Shown here: piece by piece, positions 18,603 to 28,743 of the stretch
Numbering within the stretch: the stretch's first letter is position 1
Layout of the letters: the number at the start of each line of letters is the position of its first letter
Assembly: GCA_016699465.1 (NCBI GenBank)
Contig: CP064977.1
Coordinates: forward strand, 478,503 to 542,502
Source of the DNA: Candidatus Campbellbacteria bacterium
GTDB taxonomy: Bacteria; Patescibacteriota; Minisyncoccia; Phycocordibacterales; EsbW-18
DNA: 64,000 nt
Reading direction: 5' to 3'
Made by a program: the position numbers and the translations under genes
The notes under the pieces: generated by a model
What the model saw: the letters and a program-made list of their open reading frames with translations, nothing else
What the model was told of the DNA's origin: nothing
Database searches by the model: none

Positions 18603-19085
18603 ATGAAAAGTCTCTTTGGACCATATAATCCGTACATAGATCTTGTGGGGCATCTCACAACAACAGCACTTCTCCTCTCCCCTATTATCTCAAAACTCAA
18701 CCTCACGGAAATTTTTTTGTGTGTCGTTATAACATACGCAGTTGACGTTGATCACCTACTCAACACATTTATCTGCAAGAGGATTCTAAAAGTGCCTGGA
18801 TACAACGGGACTATCACGAGAGCTGATAAAGGATACACACCAAAAATTCTCCACGGAATTGATGTTGCACTGCTCGTGGGTATTCTTGTAGCACTCTACA
18901 GCACCAACACAGTAGGACTTGCACTTGCTCTGACACTCATCGGACACACCTTGTGGGATTTCATTGTGTATCCACACAATGCATCCGAAATGTTTTTGGT
19001 AACACGTGTTTGGAAACGATTTAAGCCCGGAGAGCGGACGTACCTCACTGGACTTATTTTTGATACAAAGACACTGAAATATTAA
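18603..19085 (+). CDS. Membrane-bound metal-dependent hydrolase-like protein (YdjM/DUF457-like), probably SOS-regulated
   Basis: Polytopic membrane protein with conserved His/Asp residues (YAVDVDH, GHTLWD). It is divergent from lexA and shares the LexA box. The start was chosen at MKSLFGPY. Confidence 0.5.
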   Translation: MKSLFGPYNPYIDLVGHLTTTALLLSPIISKLNLTEIFLCVVITYAVDVDHLLNTFICKRILKVPGYNGTITRADKGYTPKILHGIDVALLVGILVALYSTNTVGLALALTLIGHTLWDFIVYPHNASEMFLVTRVWKRFKPGERTYLTGLIFDTKTLKY

Positions 19086-19144
19086 GTGAGTTTTAAGTAT
19101 ACACTCACTCTCTCGTTAAGCTTTTGTAGAAAAAATTTTGTGTT

Positions 19145-19492
19145 TTACAAAAAAAGAGTGCGAACAAAAAGACCAAGTCGTGTGATGACTACAAAACCAA
19201 TTCCCCACGCAAACGGCAACCAATATGGAATGCCTAGTAGAGATGCGCGTGACCATTTCTGTTGAGATCCAAGTTTTCGTAATCCAATTTCAATAATAAG
19301 ACCAAACGCAAGACCGAGTAGAAAAAGTGCCGTCTCCCCAGCGTTGTAATGCAATACAAAAATACCTCCACTGAGAAGTAGTATGGTAAGCGTCAGTGCT
19401 TTTTCACTTGTGCGGCCAGTCGCTTGTACAATAAAGAAGAGAACAAACCCAATAAAGGGCACCACAATATCTGAAGAAATAATTGTATTCAT
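19145..19492 (-). CDS. Small polytopic membrane protein of unknown function
   Basis: A 115 aa ORF with three hydrophobic helices. Confidence 0.45.
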   Translation of the reverse strand: MNTIISSDIVVPFIGFVLFFIVQATGRTSEKALTLTILLLSGGIFVLHYNAGETALFLLGLAFGLIIEIGLRKLGSQQKWSRASLLGIPYWLPFAWGIGFVVITRLGLFVRTLFL

Positions 19493-19521
19493 ACCTATAA
19501 TGAGTTTTTAAAAAATAATCC

Positions 19522-20193
19522 CTACCAAGGAAGTTGTTCCCCTTTAAACCAAAATTGCCCGGTCTCAGGCCGAGAGAGAGTAAAAGTATAAATTCCTTCC
19601 GCCGCTTGTTCTGGAGTAAGATCCGCCTCTTGTCCGCCCATGTCTGTTTTGACCCACCCAGGATGAACCGACGACACAACCACACTTCCCTCCAATCTTC
19701 GTGCAAGCGTTCGTGTGTACATATTGAGGGCAGCTTTTGAAATTTTGTATGCCGGATACTTTCCTGGAAAATGATCCCCATGGGCCGTCCCCTGAATAGA
19801 TCCAGCGGTTGAAGAAATATTGATGATATGTCCTCGGGTATTCACCAATGAAATCATGTGTTCTGTAAAATTGGCCGTTCCAATAAGATTAACCTCCAGA
19901 GTGTCTCGCAACTTACGCGGCACAACAACGCTTTCGTCTTCATCAAGAAGCACTCCGGCATTGTTGATGAGAATATCAATGGTATTTTCTGTTTTTTTAA
20001 TTTCTTCAACGCAGTGTTCAATGCTGTCTGCATCACGGAGATCGAGTTTGAACACAAAAAGATTTTGATGAGAAAAATCAACATTACCTGTAGTCGATGT
20101 GCCTATGACACGAAACCCCTCCGCAAGAAACTTCTGTGCGAGCGCCTTACCAATTCCTTTTCCTATTCCTGTAATGAGGGTCGTCTTTGACAT
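19522..20193 (-). CDS. Short-chain dehydrogenase/reductase (SDR) family oxidoreductase
   Basis: TGIGKGIG Rossmann motif, NNAG, and the catalytic Y..xK (YKISK). Confidence 0.85.
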   Translation of the reverse strand: MSKTTLITGIGKGIGKALAQKFLAEGFRVIGTSTTGNVDFSHQNLFVFKLDLRDADSIEHCVEEIKKTENTIDILINNAGVLLDEDESVVVPRKLRDTLEVNLIGTANFTEHMISLVNTRGHIINISSTAGSIQGTAHGDHFPGKYPAYKISKAALNMYTRTLARRLEGSVVVSSVHPGWVKTDMGGQEADLTPEQAAEGIYTFTLSRPETGQFWFKGEQLPW

Positions 20194-20194
20194 A

Positions 20195-20611
20195 TCAATA
20201 GATAAAAGATGTTTTATTCAAAAAAGCAGGAATGACCCGCCTGTGTCCAATAAAAATATTCTCCGGTAATACATCGAGTAAAAACCATTTCCATTCGTAG
20301 CATTTCTCAGGTTCCCTGACTTCCGGCTCACCCGATACATCGTGTGCCAAAAAATTTATGTGAACATAGTGTGTTCCATCTCCCACAGAATAGTCGTTTA
20401 CCATGTTTTCAAACATCGCCCGCGCCGTTAGTCCAGTTTCTTCCTCAAGCTCTCTCTTCGCCCCAACTACCAAAGACTCACCAAATTCCAAATGGCCCCC
20501 TAGCAGAGCCCAGAAACCATTTCCGGCTCCTTTCTTCCTTTTTCCAAGAAGGAGCATGCCATCTTTTATGACAAATACATTAACTGCGACTTTCGGCATT
20601 TGTTTTTCCAT
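20195..20611 (-). CDS. NUDIX hydrolase
   Basis: Nudix box GHLEFGESLVVGAKRELEEETG. Confidence 0.8.
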   Translation of the reverse strand: MEKQMPKVAVNVFVIKDGMLLLGKRKKGAGNGFWALLGGHLEFGESLVVGAKRELEEETGLTARAMFENMVNDYSVGDGTHYVHINFLAHDVSGEPEVREPEKCYEWKWFLLDVLPENIFIGHRRVIPAFLNKTSFIY

Positions 20612-20875
20612 ACCAAAAGTATACATGACTAAAACTATTTTTATAATCAACAAAAGAACGCTACCTGGCGTATGTTTTGTATATTCAATATACAAACTAC
20701 ACTCCAGAAAAAACATTTCTCTATCTTTTTTGAACAAAAATTCAGATATGTGATAAATGGTGTACGTGATGAGAAATACCACAAACCTTTATTTAAAAAC
20801 AATAGTAACTAGTCGCTATGCGCACTTTTAAATATGCTCTAACGTGTCGAACCTTGTCCACACAAACCTCCGCAC

Positions 20876-21397
20876 TTACAAATGAATTCCAAAAAGATTG
20901 AGGAGGATGAGTGCAAATGGGTCTTTTGATGTTCCATAAACAAGTACACCACCTAAAATGCCCGTCACTGAAATCGCAATGAGCCCTACGCCGGAAAGTA
21001 TGAACGCAACGCCACGCCTTTCGAGAAGCGCACCAATACGAAACAAGACTCGCTTGAGCGGATTCCAGCGGATATACCGTTCAATATATCTACGTCCAAC
21101 AGCAATACACTCGCCCAACAGCAACACTCCGTATATCCATGTTGCAGCACCGGCAAAGAGTGAATGCATTTCAACAAGTGCATGATTTGGTCGCATCAGG
21201 TGTTCAGCAGTTTCTCCTGTTCCACTCGCAACAACTGCACCAGCAAACCCAACAAGGAGCAGTGCTCGTTCAATATGTTTCCACGAAATATTTGGCATCC
21301 ACTTTTGAAACGGGAGTAGTGTCATGAGCGAATACAAAATAAGCATCGCTATAGGAAAGTGCACAACAATGGGATGAATGTCGTATGTCATATACAA
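20876..21397 (-). CDS. DUF2231-like membrane protein
   Basis: N-terminal HPIVVHFPIA motif and four TM segments. Confidence 0.45.
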   Translation of the reverse strand: MYMTYDIHPIVVHFPIAMLILYSLMTLLPFQKWMPNISWKHIERALLLVGFAGAVVASGTGETAEHLMRPNHALVEMHSLFAGAATWIYGVLLLGECIAVGRRYIERYIRWNPLKRVLFRIGALLERRGVAFILSGVGLIAISVTGILGGVLVYGTSKDPFALILLNLFGIHL

Positions 21398-21430
21398 ATA
21401 TATTTTCTAATACCAAGCCACCTTATTCTA

Positions 21431-23347
21431 CTATACAACCTTCCCTCGTCGATGACGCATAAACAACCCCGCAACTCGTGATGCGTTTCCAAGAGGAAGG
21501 AAGTCTGTCAAAAAGTTATACGCCGCTGCGCCGGTCGGAGCAAGTATGCCACCAAACACAAGTACAAGACCGATACAATTTACTATTCCCCATATCACAA
21601 AATTTTGGCGTGAGATTTTATTCACGTATCGCGCAATACGAATAAGTTCAGGAATTTTACTAAAATCATCTTTCATAAGCACCACATCCGCGGCCTCAAT
21701 TGCCGCATCATACCCAATTGCACCCATCGCAATTCCAACATCTGCAAGAGACAACGCCGCGGCGTCATTCACACCATCCCCCACCATAATTGTTTTGTAC
21801 TTTGGAGAAAGATACGCACGAAGTCGATCTAGTTTTTGTTCCGGCAACAGGTTGGCGTGAAATTCATCAACTCCCGTCATACGGGCAATACGACGCGCGA
21901 CGCGTTCATTATCTCCCGTAAGCATAACTACTTTTGTAATACCGAGTGATTTCAATTCAGCAATATCTTCTGCAATGTGTGACTTCAGCGCATCAGCAAG
22001 ACTAAAAATACCTTGCACTGTGCCACCAACGGCAATAACGTTATTACTCATTCCCTCGTCTTCTTCATGTACAATTCGTGCCATTATTTCTGTATCAATA
22101 GGAATCTGTAATTCATGGAAAAATGCCACCTTCCCCATAACAACTTCTACTCCGTTGTGCTGAGCGGTAACACCCTTTCCACTCCACGCCCTAAAGTTTT
22201 CAACTTGAACATGTGGTGCTTTTTTTTCTTCGGCATACGCCACAATTGCTTTTGACACAGGATGGTCTGACAGTGCTGATGTTGCCGCCGCAAGAGATAT
22301 GAGTTCTGTTTCGCGCATATCACCAAACAACGCAACATGCTCAATACGCAAATGTCCTTTTGTAAGCGTTCCCGTCTTATCAACAAGAACAATCTTTACG
22401 TGTTCCATCGCTTCTAAAAAATCGGCACCCTTAACGATAATACCTCGCTTCGCAGCATACCCAACACCTGTGATAAACGTAAGTGGTATCGCGATGGCAA
22501 TGTCATCAGCACACACGACAAGCGTTACCGCAAGAACGAGCGCCACGTCTCTTGAAAACCAATACACAAGTGCAACCCCGACAAACATGAGAATGATGTA
22601 CCACTGTGCAAATCGTTGAGCTGTTGTATTTATTTCTGCTTTATTAAGCTGTGCGTCTTCAACGAGTGCAATAATTTTTTCAAGTGTTGTCTCAGTACCG
22701 ATTCTCTCTGTTCGTATAACCACACCACCTGAAACAACGACGGTTGAGCAAAACGCCTGATCGCCACTCTTTTTTTCTACAGGGAGCGACTCACCGGTAA
22801 GCGACGACTGATCCAGACTACCCTCTCCTTCAACAATCATTCCATCTACGGGCACCATTTGTCCAAGCTCTACCACAACGAGATCTCCTCGCGCCACTTC
22901 GGAGAGTGGCACTTGCACAATATCGCTCCCACGACGCACGTGCGCATGCATTGGGCGCATTTTGAGTAAACTTGTAATGTTTCGTCGCGCTCGCGCATCA
23001 GCATGTGCAGAAATAATACGCGCAGAGGTGAGCATGAGATTGATAAAAAGTGCAGACGCCCACTGTCCACTTAGTAAAGAAAATACGAGCGCAAAACTTG
23101 CCAACAAATCAACAGATGCTTCTTTGTGTAGTAGTGCGTGCACCGCACTCACTACAACGGGAATCGTTGCGAGAATAGAAATAATCACCGAAAACGCAAT
23201 ACCTGCTTCTGATGAAAGGAGTCCTACGTAATACAATACGAGTGAAATAACCAAAACAGTAAGAAACCCGTAATCCATGTAGGGTAGCACGTTCGTCTTC
23301 ATTGCTTTAACCATCGATGATACGCCTATTGTTTTCATTACACACAA
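21431..23347 (-). CDS. P-type cation-transporting ATPase (P1B-like, no N-terminal metal-binding domain)
   Basis: DKTGTLT phosphorylation site, TGDN, and the GDGVNDAAAL hinge. The TM6 motif reads VVCADDIAI instead of the canonical CPC. Confidence 0.8.
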   Translation of the reverse strand: MCVMKTIGVSSMVKAMKTNVLPYMDYGFLTVLVISLVLYYVGLLSSEAGIAFSVIISILATIPVVVSAVHALLHKEASVDLLASFALVFSLLSGQWASALFINLMLTSARIISAHADARARRNITSLLKMRPMHAHVRRGSDIVQVPLSEVARGDLVVVELGQMVPVDGMIVEGEGSLDQSSLTGESLPVEKKSGDQAFCSTVVVSGGVVIRTERIGTETTLEKIIALVEDAQLNKAEINTTAQRFAQWYIILMFVGVALVYWFSRDVALVLAVTLVVCADDIAIAIPLTFITGVGYAAKRGIIVKGADFLEAMEHVKIVLVDKTGTLTKGHLRIEHVALFGDMRETELISLAAATSALSDHPVSKAIVAYAEEKKAPHVQVENFRAWSGKGVTAQHNGVEVVMGKVAFFHELQIPIDTEIMARIVHEEDEGMSNNVIAVGGTVQGIFSLADALKSHIAEDIAELKSLGITKVVMLTGDNERVARRIARMTGVDEFHANLLPEQKLDRLRAYLSPKYKTIMVGDGVNDAAALSLADVGIAMGAIGYDAAIEAADVVLMKDDFSKIPELIRIARYVNKISRQNFVIWGIVNCIGLVLVFGGILAPTGAAAYNFLTDFLPLGNASRVAGLFMRHRRGKVV

Positions 23348-23417
23348 TATACCCTATCTTCTAGAAATTTCGCTTGTCGGTACCTTAATATTTCACCCAC
23401 AACAGACACAATTTTTA

Positions 23418-24494
23418 TTATAAAGAGCCTGTAAAAAATTGCTTGATGAGTGCCGCGTGCGTTTTGTAATCAGGCGAACAGTGCATCTCACCATTGGTAT
23501 CATGGAAGTAGTAGTAACAATCTGTTTTTACAGGATTAAGGGCAGCGATCACTGCTGCAACAGACGGATTTGCAATTGGTGTTGGTGGCAACCCTTGGTA
23601 CTTGTATGTGTTGTACGGAGATTCGATAAATTTATCTTTTGAAAGAACTTTTGGCCACCACTGACCGTTCTGTACCTTTGATGCCTTGGCATATTGTAAT
23701 GTCGCATCCAGTTGTAATTTCTGTCCCGCAAAAATACGATTCCAAATGATACCTGACACAAGTCGCATATCCCGAGTGCCCACCGTCTCTTTCTGAATAA
23801 GTGACGCGATCGTGAGGGCGGTCGTGAGCGGTACAATCTCTTCAATTGTTGTACTGTACCGAGATGCAATATTTTCATTAAATTTTGTATCTACCACACC
23901 TCTCACCTCACTCGGTGACGCGTTTGCATTCACAATATACATTCCTGGAAATAAAAACCCTTCGTCTGCATTCAAAAATTCTTTTTTTTCTTCAGCACTC
24001 CACGAAAGCACTCGCGCAAAGGCGGCAGCAATTTCTTCCTTTCGAGCGCCGGGGGCAACCGTTATAATTTTTTCCTGCCCCGCAAGTGCCAAACTGTGCT
24101 CCATCGCAAAATTTGAGAATGATGCAACCGTCGAGGCGCCCAGTTCGCTCAATTTTGAAAACGCCACAAGAACACTCGCCTGCAGTGGTGATGTCTTACT
24201 TCGCAGATATGCCTCTACCCTCTTGTCATCAATGATTGTCTTCGTGCGCGGATTAACGGTCACCGGAAATTCTACAGCAAACGCAGGTCTGTGAGTTTGC
24301 TGAAATCGCACGTACCCCACAAACACGTACGGCATAATGAGTACGACTAGCGCACAGGAAAGAACTATTGTCCGCACCTGCCGATATGTGTTGTTACGTT
24401 CTGTGAGCGCCATTACTAGATAGTATATCGGAAATAGACTGTATGGCCAAAAAAGGCACATCACACTCATACTTCTTCCCTTTCTCATTACCAC
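23418..24494 (-). CDS. mltG: Endolytic murein transglycosylase MltG (YceG family)
   Basis: N-terminal TM segment and the YceG-like domain with the LQLDATLQY...YNTYKYQGLPPTPIANP signature. Confidence 0.8.
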   Translation of the reverse strand: MVMRKGRSMSVMCLFWPYSLFPIYYLVMALTERNNTYRQVRTIVLSCALVVLIMPYVFVGYVRFQQTHRPAFAVEFPVTVNPRTKTIIDDKRVEAYLRSKTSPLQASVLVAFSKLSELGASTVASFSNFAMEHSLALAGQEKIITVAPGARKEEIAAAFARVLSWSAEEKKEFLNADEGFLFPGMYIVNANASPSEVRGVVDTKFNENIASRYSTTIEEIVPLTTALTIASLIQKETVGTRDMRLVSGIIWNRIFAGQKLQLDATLQYAKASKVQNGQWWPKVLSKDKFIESPYNTYKYQGLPPTPIANPSVAAVIAALNPVKTDCYYYFHDTNGEMHCSPDYKTHAALIKQFFTGSL

Positions 24495-25019
24495 TCAAGA
24501 TATTCTTTGTATTAAAGCATTTATATACTCATCTTTGTATTTTCTATACGATGCATAATCATCAACATACTTTACATATAGCTCATTTTTTATAGCCGAA
24601 TATTTATGTACTTCATCAGGGTGGGACCGCAAGTAATCTCTCATGCGAATCATTTCCCTACCGTGTGAGTGTTCCTTAGGGAAAAAATGTATGTTAGCTA
24701 ACAGTGTATTATCTTTTACAACCCGAAAAAGTCGCGAATCATCCATAACAAATTGACCAGCATATTCAAAACCAACGTCCAACATTTCACGCATGTGGTC
24801 TTCAACAGTTTTTAAGCTGTCAACAAGAACGAGTATGTCTATGCAAGATTTGCCCGACATTCCAGGCACCGCGGTACTGCCTATGTGTTCTATTTGTACA
24901 CCCTCTCCGAATATTTTTCTTACCCTACCAGCGTATATCTCAAACTGAGTTGGCCATTTTGGGTCATATGAAACTACATCATATTTTCTATCTTTATACG
25001 GATATTTGTTTTCACTCAT
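24495..25019 (-). CDS. GrpB-family protein (UPF0157)
   Basis: IEHIGSTAVPGMSGKSCIDILV nucleotidyltransferase-like motif. The start was chosen at MSENKYPY. Confidence 0.65.
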   Translation of the reverse strand: MSENKYPYKDRKYDVVSYDPKWPTQFEIYAGRVRKIFGEGVQIEHIGSTAVPGMSGKSCIDILVLVDSLKTVEDHMREMLDVGFEYAGQFVMDDSRLFRVVKDNTLLANIHFFPKEHSHGREMIRMRDYLRSHPDEVHKYSAIKNELYVKYVDDYASYRKYKDEYINALIQRIS

Positions 25020-25292
25020 ACAAAAAGTATACCAGTTTAATAAAGCCGTGTCTGATTCCAAACAACGTACCTATATACATATTATTGACAAAATCCAGGT
25101 CTGATATATTGTGGGGATATGCAAAAACAGCATGCCACAACCGCAAACTATTATCGCTACAACACCTCTTTTTTCGTGGGGCTTGTTTAAGGCGCTGAAT
25201 CTTTTCTTCAACTTCTCAAAACCGACCCCATACAGGTCGGTTTTGTTCTTTACAACTACATCTACAACCTCTTACCAGAAAGGAGCTGTCTC

Positions 25293-25841
25293 ATGCAAAA
25301 ACAGTTAATACTCTTCTGTGGTCTGCCTGGAAGTGGAAAGACTACAATCTCGAGGGAGCTTTGTAGAATCACAGGGGGAAAACTCATCGATCTAGACGAG
25401 TTCAAGAAAACGGACGTGGACCCACTACTCGTGAAAAGCGAGATAGATCCGCCGGAGGTTCGATGGACCTACTACCAGAAGGGTCTGCGTGCGGCTCTTG
25501 CATTGTTTGCCACCGGCACACACACCATCATCATTGATGAAGTATTTCATCTGGCGGAACTACGGCGGAAGATAGCCAACTTCTGTCGCGAACAACACAT
25601 CACAATCACTTGGGTTGAAGTACGCTGCCCGTACGATGTTGTTGCACAGCGGTTGTCATCCAAGCCTCGTATCGGGCACATCCTGTCGACCGAAGAAGCA
25701 CTCGCGATGAATCGTCTGTTTGAAAACATCTTCGAACCATTTCCAACGCTCAGCGACGGACATATAGTGGTTGAGAACACAGGGTCTGGGAGGATTGAAG
25801 AAGTAGTTGTTTGTATCTTGGAAAAGATGCATCGGGGGTAA
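25293..25841 (+). CDS. P-loop NTPase / AAA-domain kinase-like protein
   Basis: Walker A GLPGSGKTT and a DEVF Walker B-like segment. Confidence 0.6.
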   Translation: MQKQLILFCGLPGSGKTTISRELCRITGGKLIDLDEFKKTDVDPLLVKSEIDPPEVRWTYYQKGLRAALALFATGTHTIIIDEVFHLAELRRKIANFCREQHITITWVEVRCPYDVVAQRLSSKPRIGHILSTEEALAMNRLFENIFEPFPTLSDGHIVVENTGSGRIEEVVVCILEKMHRG

Positions 25842-25846
25842 CTCTC

Positions 25847-25888
25847 CAAAAACTTCGGTGCCGGGCGGCACCGAAGTTTCCTTATTAT
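25847..25888 (+). terminator. Intrinsic terminator
   Basis: AAAAACTTCGGTGCC-gggc-GGCACCGAAGTTT followed by CCTTATTATC. Confidence 0.55.
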
Positions 25889-25906
25889 CGGTATAATTAT
25901 ATACAT

Positions 25907-26329
25907 ATGAGAATTTTATTTATCTGCAAAAACAACCAATTTCGAAGCCAGATGGCTGCGGCTCTTTACAACATACTGACCAACACCAACGATGCATCAT
26001 CTGCAGGTACCTACGTTGGTGCCCCTGACGCGCTTGAAAATGTTCCTATTGAAAAGTTTTTTCAAAGCGCAGACTTCTTTGAATTGATGGAGCACCACGG
26101 CATGTACATACGCGACATGCGCACAAAAAAACTCTTACCAGAAATGCTCAGTAAGGCAGACATTGCTGTCTCCATGGCCGAAGAACCATTTGTCCCCGAA
26201 TTCCTACGTACTGCAAAAAATGTTATTTGGTGGACAGTAGAAAATCCCCCAGTCGCGACAAAAGAAGTTTCGCAAAAAACATTCGACCAGATACTTCCTC
26301 TCATCCAAAATCTTATTGTTTCGTTATAA
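25907..26329 (+). CDS. Low-molecular-weight protein tyrosine phosphatase / ArsC-like
   Basis: CX5R P-loop ICKNNQFRS. A TATAAT sits about 10 nt upstream of the ATG. Confidence 0.75.
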   Translation: MRILFICKNNQFRSQMAAALYNILTNTNDASSAGTYVGAPDALENVPIEKFFQSADFFELMEHHGMYIRDMRTKKLLPEMLSKADIAVSMAEEPFVPEFLRTAKNVIWWTVENPPVATKEVSQKTFDQILPLIQNLIVSL

Positions 26330-26372
26330 GTGACAAGAAGGTATCTGGCTTTGTTTTTCTACACATCTACTT

Positions 26373-26693
26373 TCACGACGCCTCTATCTCATTCATCTTC
26401 CTCACAATCTGATCATAGAGATCGAGGAAATTCTCTTGTTGAGCTTGTAGCCGAGCATCGTCAAGACATTCAAGAGCTCCTTCAATGTCACTAATCGCAA
26501 CATATAAATCAGCACGTTCTATTTCAAAAAGTATGTGCCCTCTACTTGTTCCATCTTGTACAGCAAGTGCCTCCTGTTGTTGTGTCCATTGAAAAACGGC
26601 TTCCATTGTTTCAGAATCTTGAGGTCCTCTATCACGGAGCATTTCGAGAACCTTCTTCTTTTCTACCTTTTCGTTTTTTGGAGGTCCTTCCAT
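26373..26693 (-). CDS. Hypothetical protein
   Basis: A 106 aa acidic ORF. It shares a conserved 22 nt 5' motif with the GrpB gene. Confidence 0.4.
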   Translation of the reverse strand: MEGPPKNEKVEKKKVLEMLRDRGPQDSETMEAVFQWTQQQEALAVQDGTSRGHILFEIERADLYVAISDIEGALECLDDARLQAQQENFLDLYDQIVRKMNEIEAS

Positions 26694-26741
26694 GTCAAAA
26701 GTATGCCAGTTTAATAAAAAGGTATCTGACCTTGCTTTCTC

Positions 26742-27140
26742 TTAACGAAATCTAACAGGAATCTCTATTGTTTGGGTGGTTTCTCCATTTTTTGCACCCT
26801 TACTTGTGATTCGTATCACTCCTGTATCAGTTTGTATGTACGACATCATTTGTCTATCTCCCACAACAGCACTGAATTGTGTTGGTAATACAAGCCAATC
26901 AGTTGTTGCCTTAAGAATCTCTTTATTACTTAGTGATTTTCCATTTGCATCAGACACCTCAACAATTCCCGCCTCACTTTCATTTGCAAACCATCCATTT
27001 CCACTTCCAAGCTCAAGAACCTTTTTGCCCTTCACGGTCCCCAACAACTTCAAAAAGGCCGGCTCACCAACATATTTCTTCCCGTAGTTGATGACACTCG
27101 CGCTCTGTGTTTGTTTCTTTGTCCAGGTATGTTTTTTCAT
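26742..27140 (-). CDS. Hypothetical protein
   Basis: A 132 aa ORF with no clear family assignment. Confidence 0.4.
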   Translation of the reverse strand: MKKHTWTKKQTQSASVINYGKKYVGEPAFLKLLGTVKGKKVLELGSGNGWFANESEAGIVEVSDANGKSLSNKEILKATTDWLVLPTQFSAVVGDRQMMSYIQTDTGVIRITSKGAKNGETTQTIEIPVRFR

Positions 27141-27170
27141 TTTACTTCCTCCATTTACGCTTCCTGCTTT

Positions 27171-27962
27171 TTAAGATTTATTAATGATCGACAGCAATTC
27201 CTTGTGTAATTTTTCCGTAGTCACAAGAATCTTTTTTGAATCAAGTGTCCAGGGTTCCCCTTTTTCATTTGTAACTACACCACCAGCCTCACGCACAATA
27301 CACACCCCCGCCACCACGTCGTGCGGAACATTATCCAAAAAATAGATTTCAGCATCCCCCATGGCAATTTGCGCCAATTCATAGCTACTCGCGTCAATAA
27401 TTTTTATGATTCCAGATGTAGCAGCAAGGCCTGAGTGTATCTGATTAAAATGGTCCGATTTATATTTTCCACCCGAATAATAAAGGGCCTGTGAGAGACT
27501 CCTCTCCGAAACTGTAATCTGCTTGTTGTTTGCATATGCACCCTCCCCCAAAGACGCCTCGACGAGTAAATTGAGAGCAGGAAAATAGAGCACCCCACAC
27601 ACTGGGCTACCATCTTTTGTCACACCAATCGACACACCAAAAAGGGGAATGTTTCTGAGAAAATTAGAAGTACCATCGAGTGGGTCTATGTACCACACAT
27701 ACTCAGCAGACATATTCTCGTTGGTCCCTTCCTCTCCAAAAATTCCATGACCAGGAAAATTGGCATTGATGATTTTTACAATCACATCTTCGGATTCCCG
27801 GTCTGCCCTACTCACCATTGAAGCAGCGTCAAACCCTTGACCTTTAAATTCTGTGTCTACATTCCCGTAATAACGCATCAAAACATCACCTCCTGCTTTT
27901 ACTGCCATACTGGCGATATTCTTTATTTCTTTTTGCATCTCATTTTTCATTATCAAACACAT
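27171..27962 (-). CDS. Inositol monophosphatase family protein
   Basis: WYIDPLDGTSNF and the downstream GEEG/metal-binding motifs. Confidence 0.85.
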   Translation of the reverse strand: MCLIMKNEMQKEIKNIASMAVKAGGDVLMRYYGNVDTEFKGQGFDAASMVSRADRESEDVIVKIINANFPGHGIFGEEGTNENMSAEYVWYIDPLDGTSNFLRNIPLFGVSIGVTKDGSPVCGVLYFPALNLLVEASLGEGAYANNKQITVSERSLSQALYYSGGKYKSDHFNQIHSGLAATSGIIKIIDASSYELAQIAMGDAEIYFLDNVPHDVVAGVCIVREAGGVVTNEKGEPWTLDSKKILVTTEKLHKELLSIINKS

Positions 27963-28075
27963 GTTCCGACCCTTCTCGCGCTAAAACCTATCTCTCATTA
28001 GGGTGACGTAGTAAAGGATGTTAGAACTGTCTTCCAACACCTGAACGATACAAGCATCCATATTCCGACATTCTA

Positions 28076-28525
28076 CTAGCGATTTTCAACTAGCTTCCTC
28101 AATTCATCTACAACTGCCTTTTCCCAGAATTTCATTGAATACCATTTAATCAACGGTGTTGCAACAATACGCAACCACTTTTTATGAATTGTGACTTGGT
28201 ACGTGTAATCAATCAAAGTCCCCTCGGAATGTTCAGACAACATTAGTTCCTCGTGCCCAGAAGTTCCAAATTGATAGCTATCATTATCAGAAATAAATCC
28301 TTTTCCAGGCAATATCTGAGTTTTCATACGAACCTGGAAATTTCTACCGAAAGATTTTACCGTTGCTTCCATTTCCAAATTATTTCCATCCCGTTTATTA
28401 ACCACTACTTTTTCAGCAACCTTTGGAAAATACTTTGGTAACTTTTCAAAATCAGTCATTATTTCAGCAACATCCTTAACAGGTGCTTTAATGAGCCAGC
28501 TATTGTGAAGTGTGATTTCTTTCAT
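28076..28525 (-). CDS. SRPBCC (START/Bet v1-like) superfamily protein
   Basis: 149 aa with a polyketide-cyclase-like fold pattern. This is a weak call. Confidence 0.5.
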   Translation of the reverse strand: MKEITLHNSWLIKAPVKDVAEIMTDFEKLPKYFPKVAEKVVVNKRDGNNLEMEATVKSFGRNFQVRMKTQILPGKGFISDNDSYQFGTSGHEELMLSEHSEGTLIDYTYQVTIHKKWLRIVATPLIKWYSMKFWEKAVVDELRKLVENR

Positions 28526-28613
28526 ACAGCAAGTATATCAGTTCCAAATTCTCACTAGGGTACCACCTGGCTAGAACCAAAACATCGCCTGTTTAGAGGA
28601 TGTTTTGGTTCTT

Positions 28614-28685
28614 TTCTCGTTTGGGTGCCCATCGGGGATCGAACCCGAGATGACAGCTCCACAAGCTGCAGTGTTACCGCTACAC
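28614..28685 (-). tRNA. tRNA-His (GTG) with encoded G-1
   Basis: A cloverleaf was built by hand. The anticodon loop is TTGTGGA, with an extra 5' G that pairs with C73. Confidence 0.8.
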
Positions 28686-28743
28686 CATGGGCACCATGCG
28701 GAGATACTGTACCAAAAAAGTCCGAGTAAAGCGACAGAAGCAC

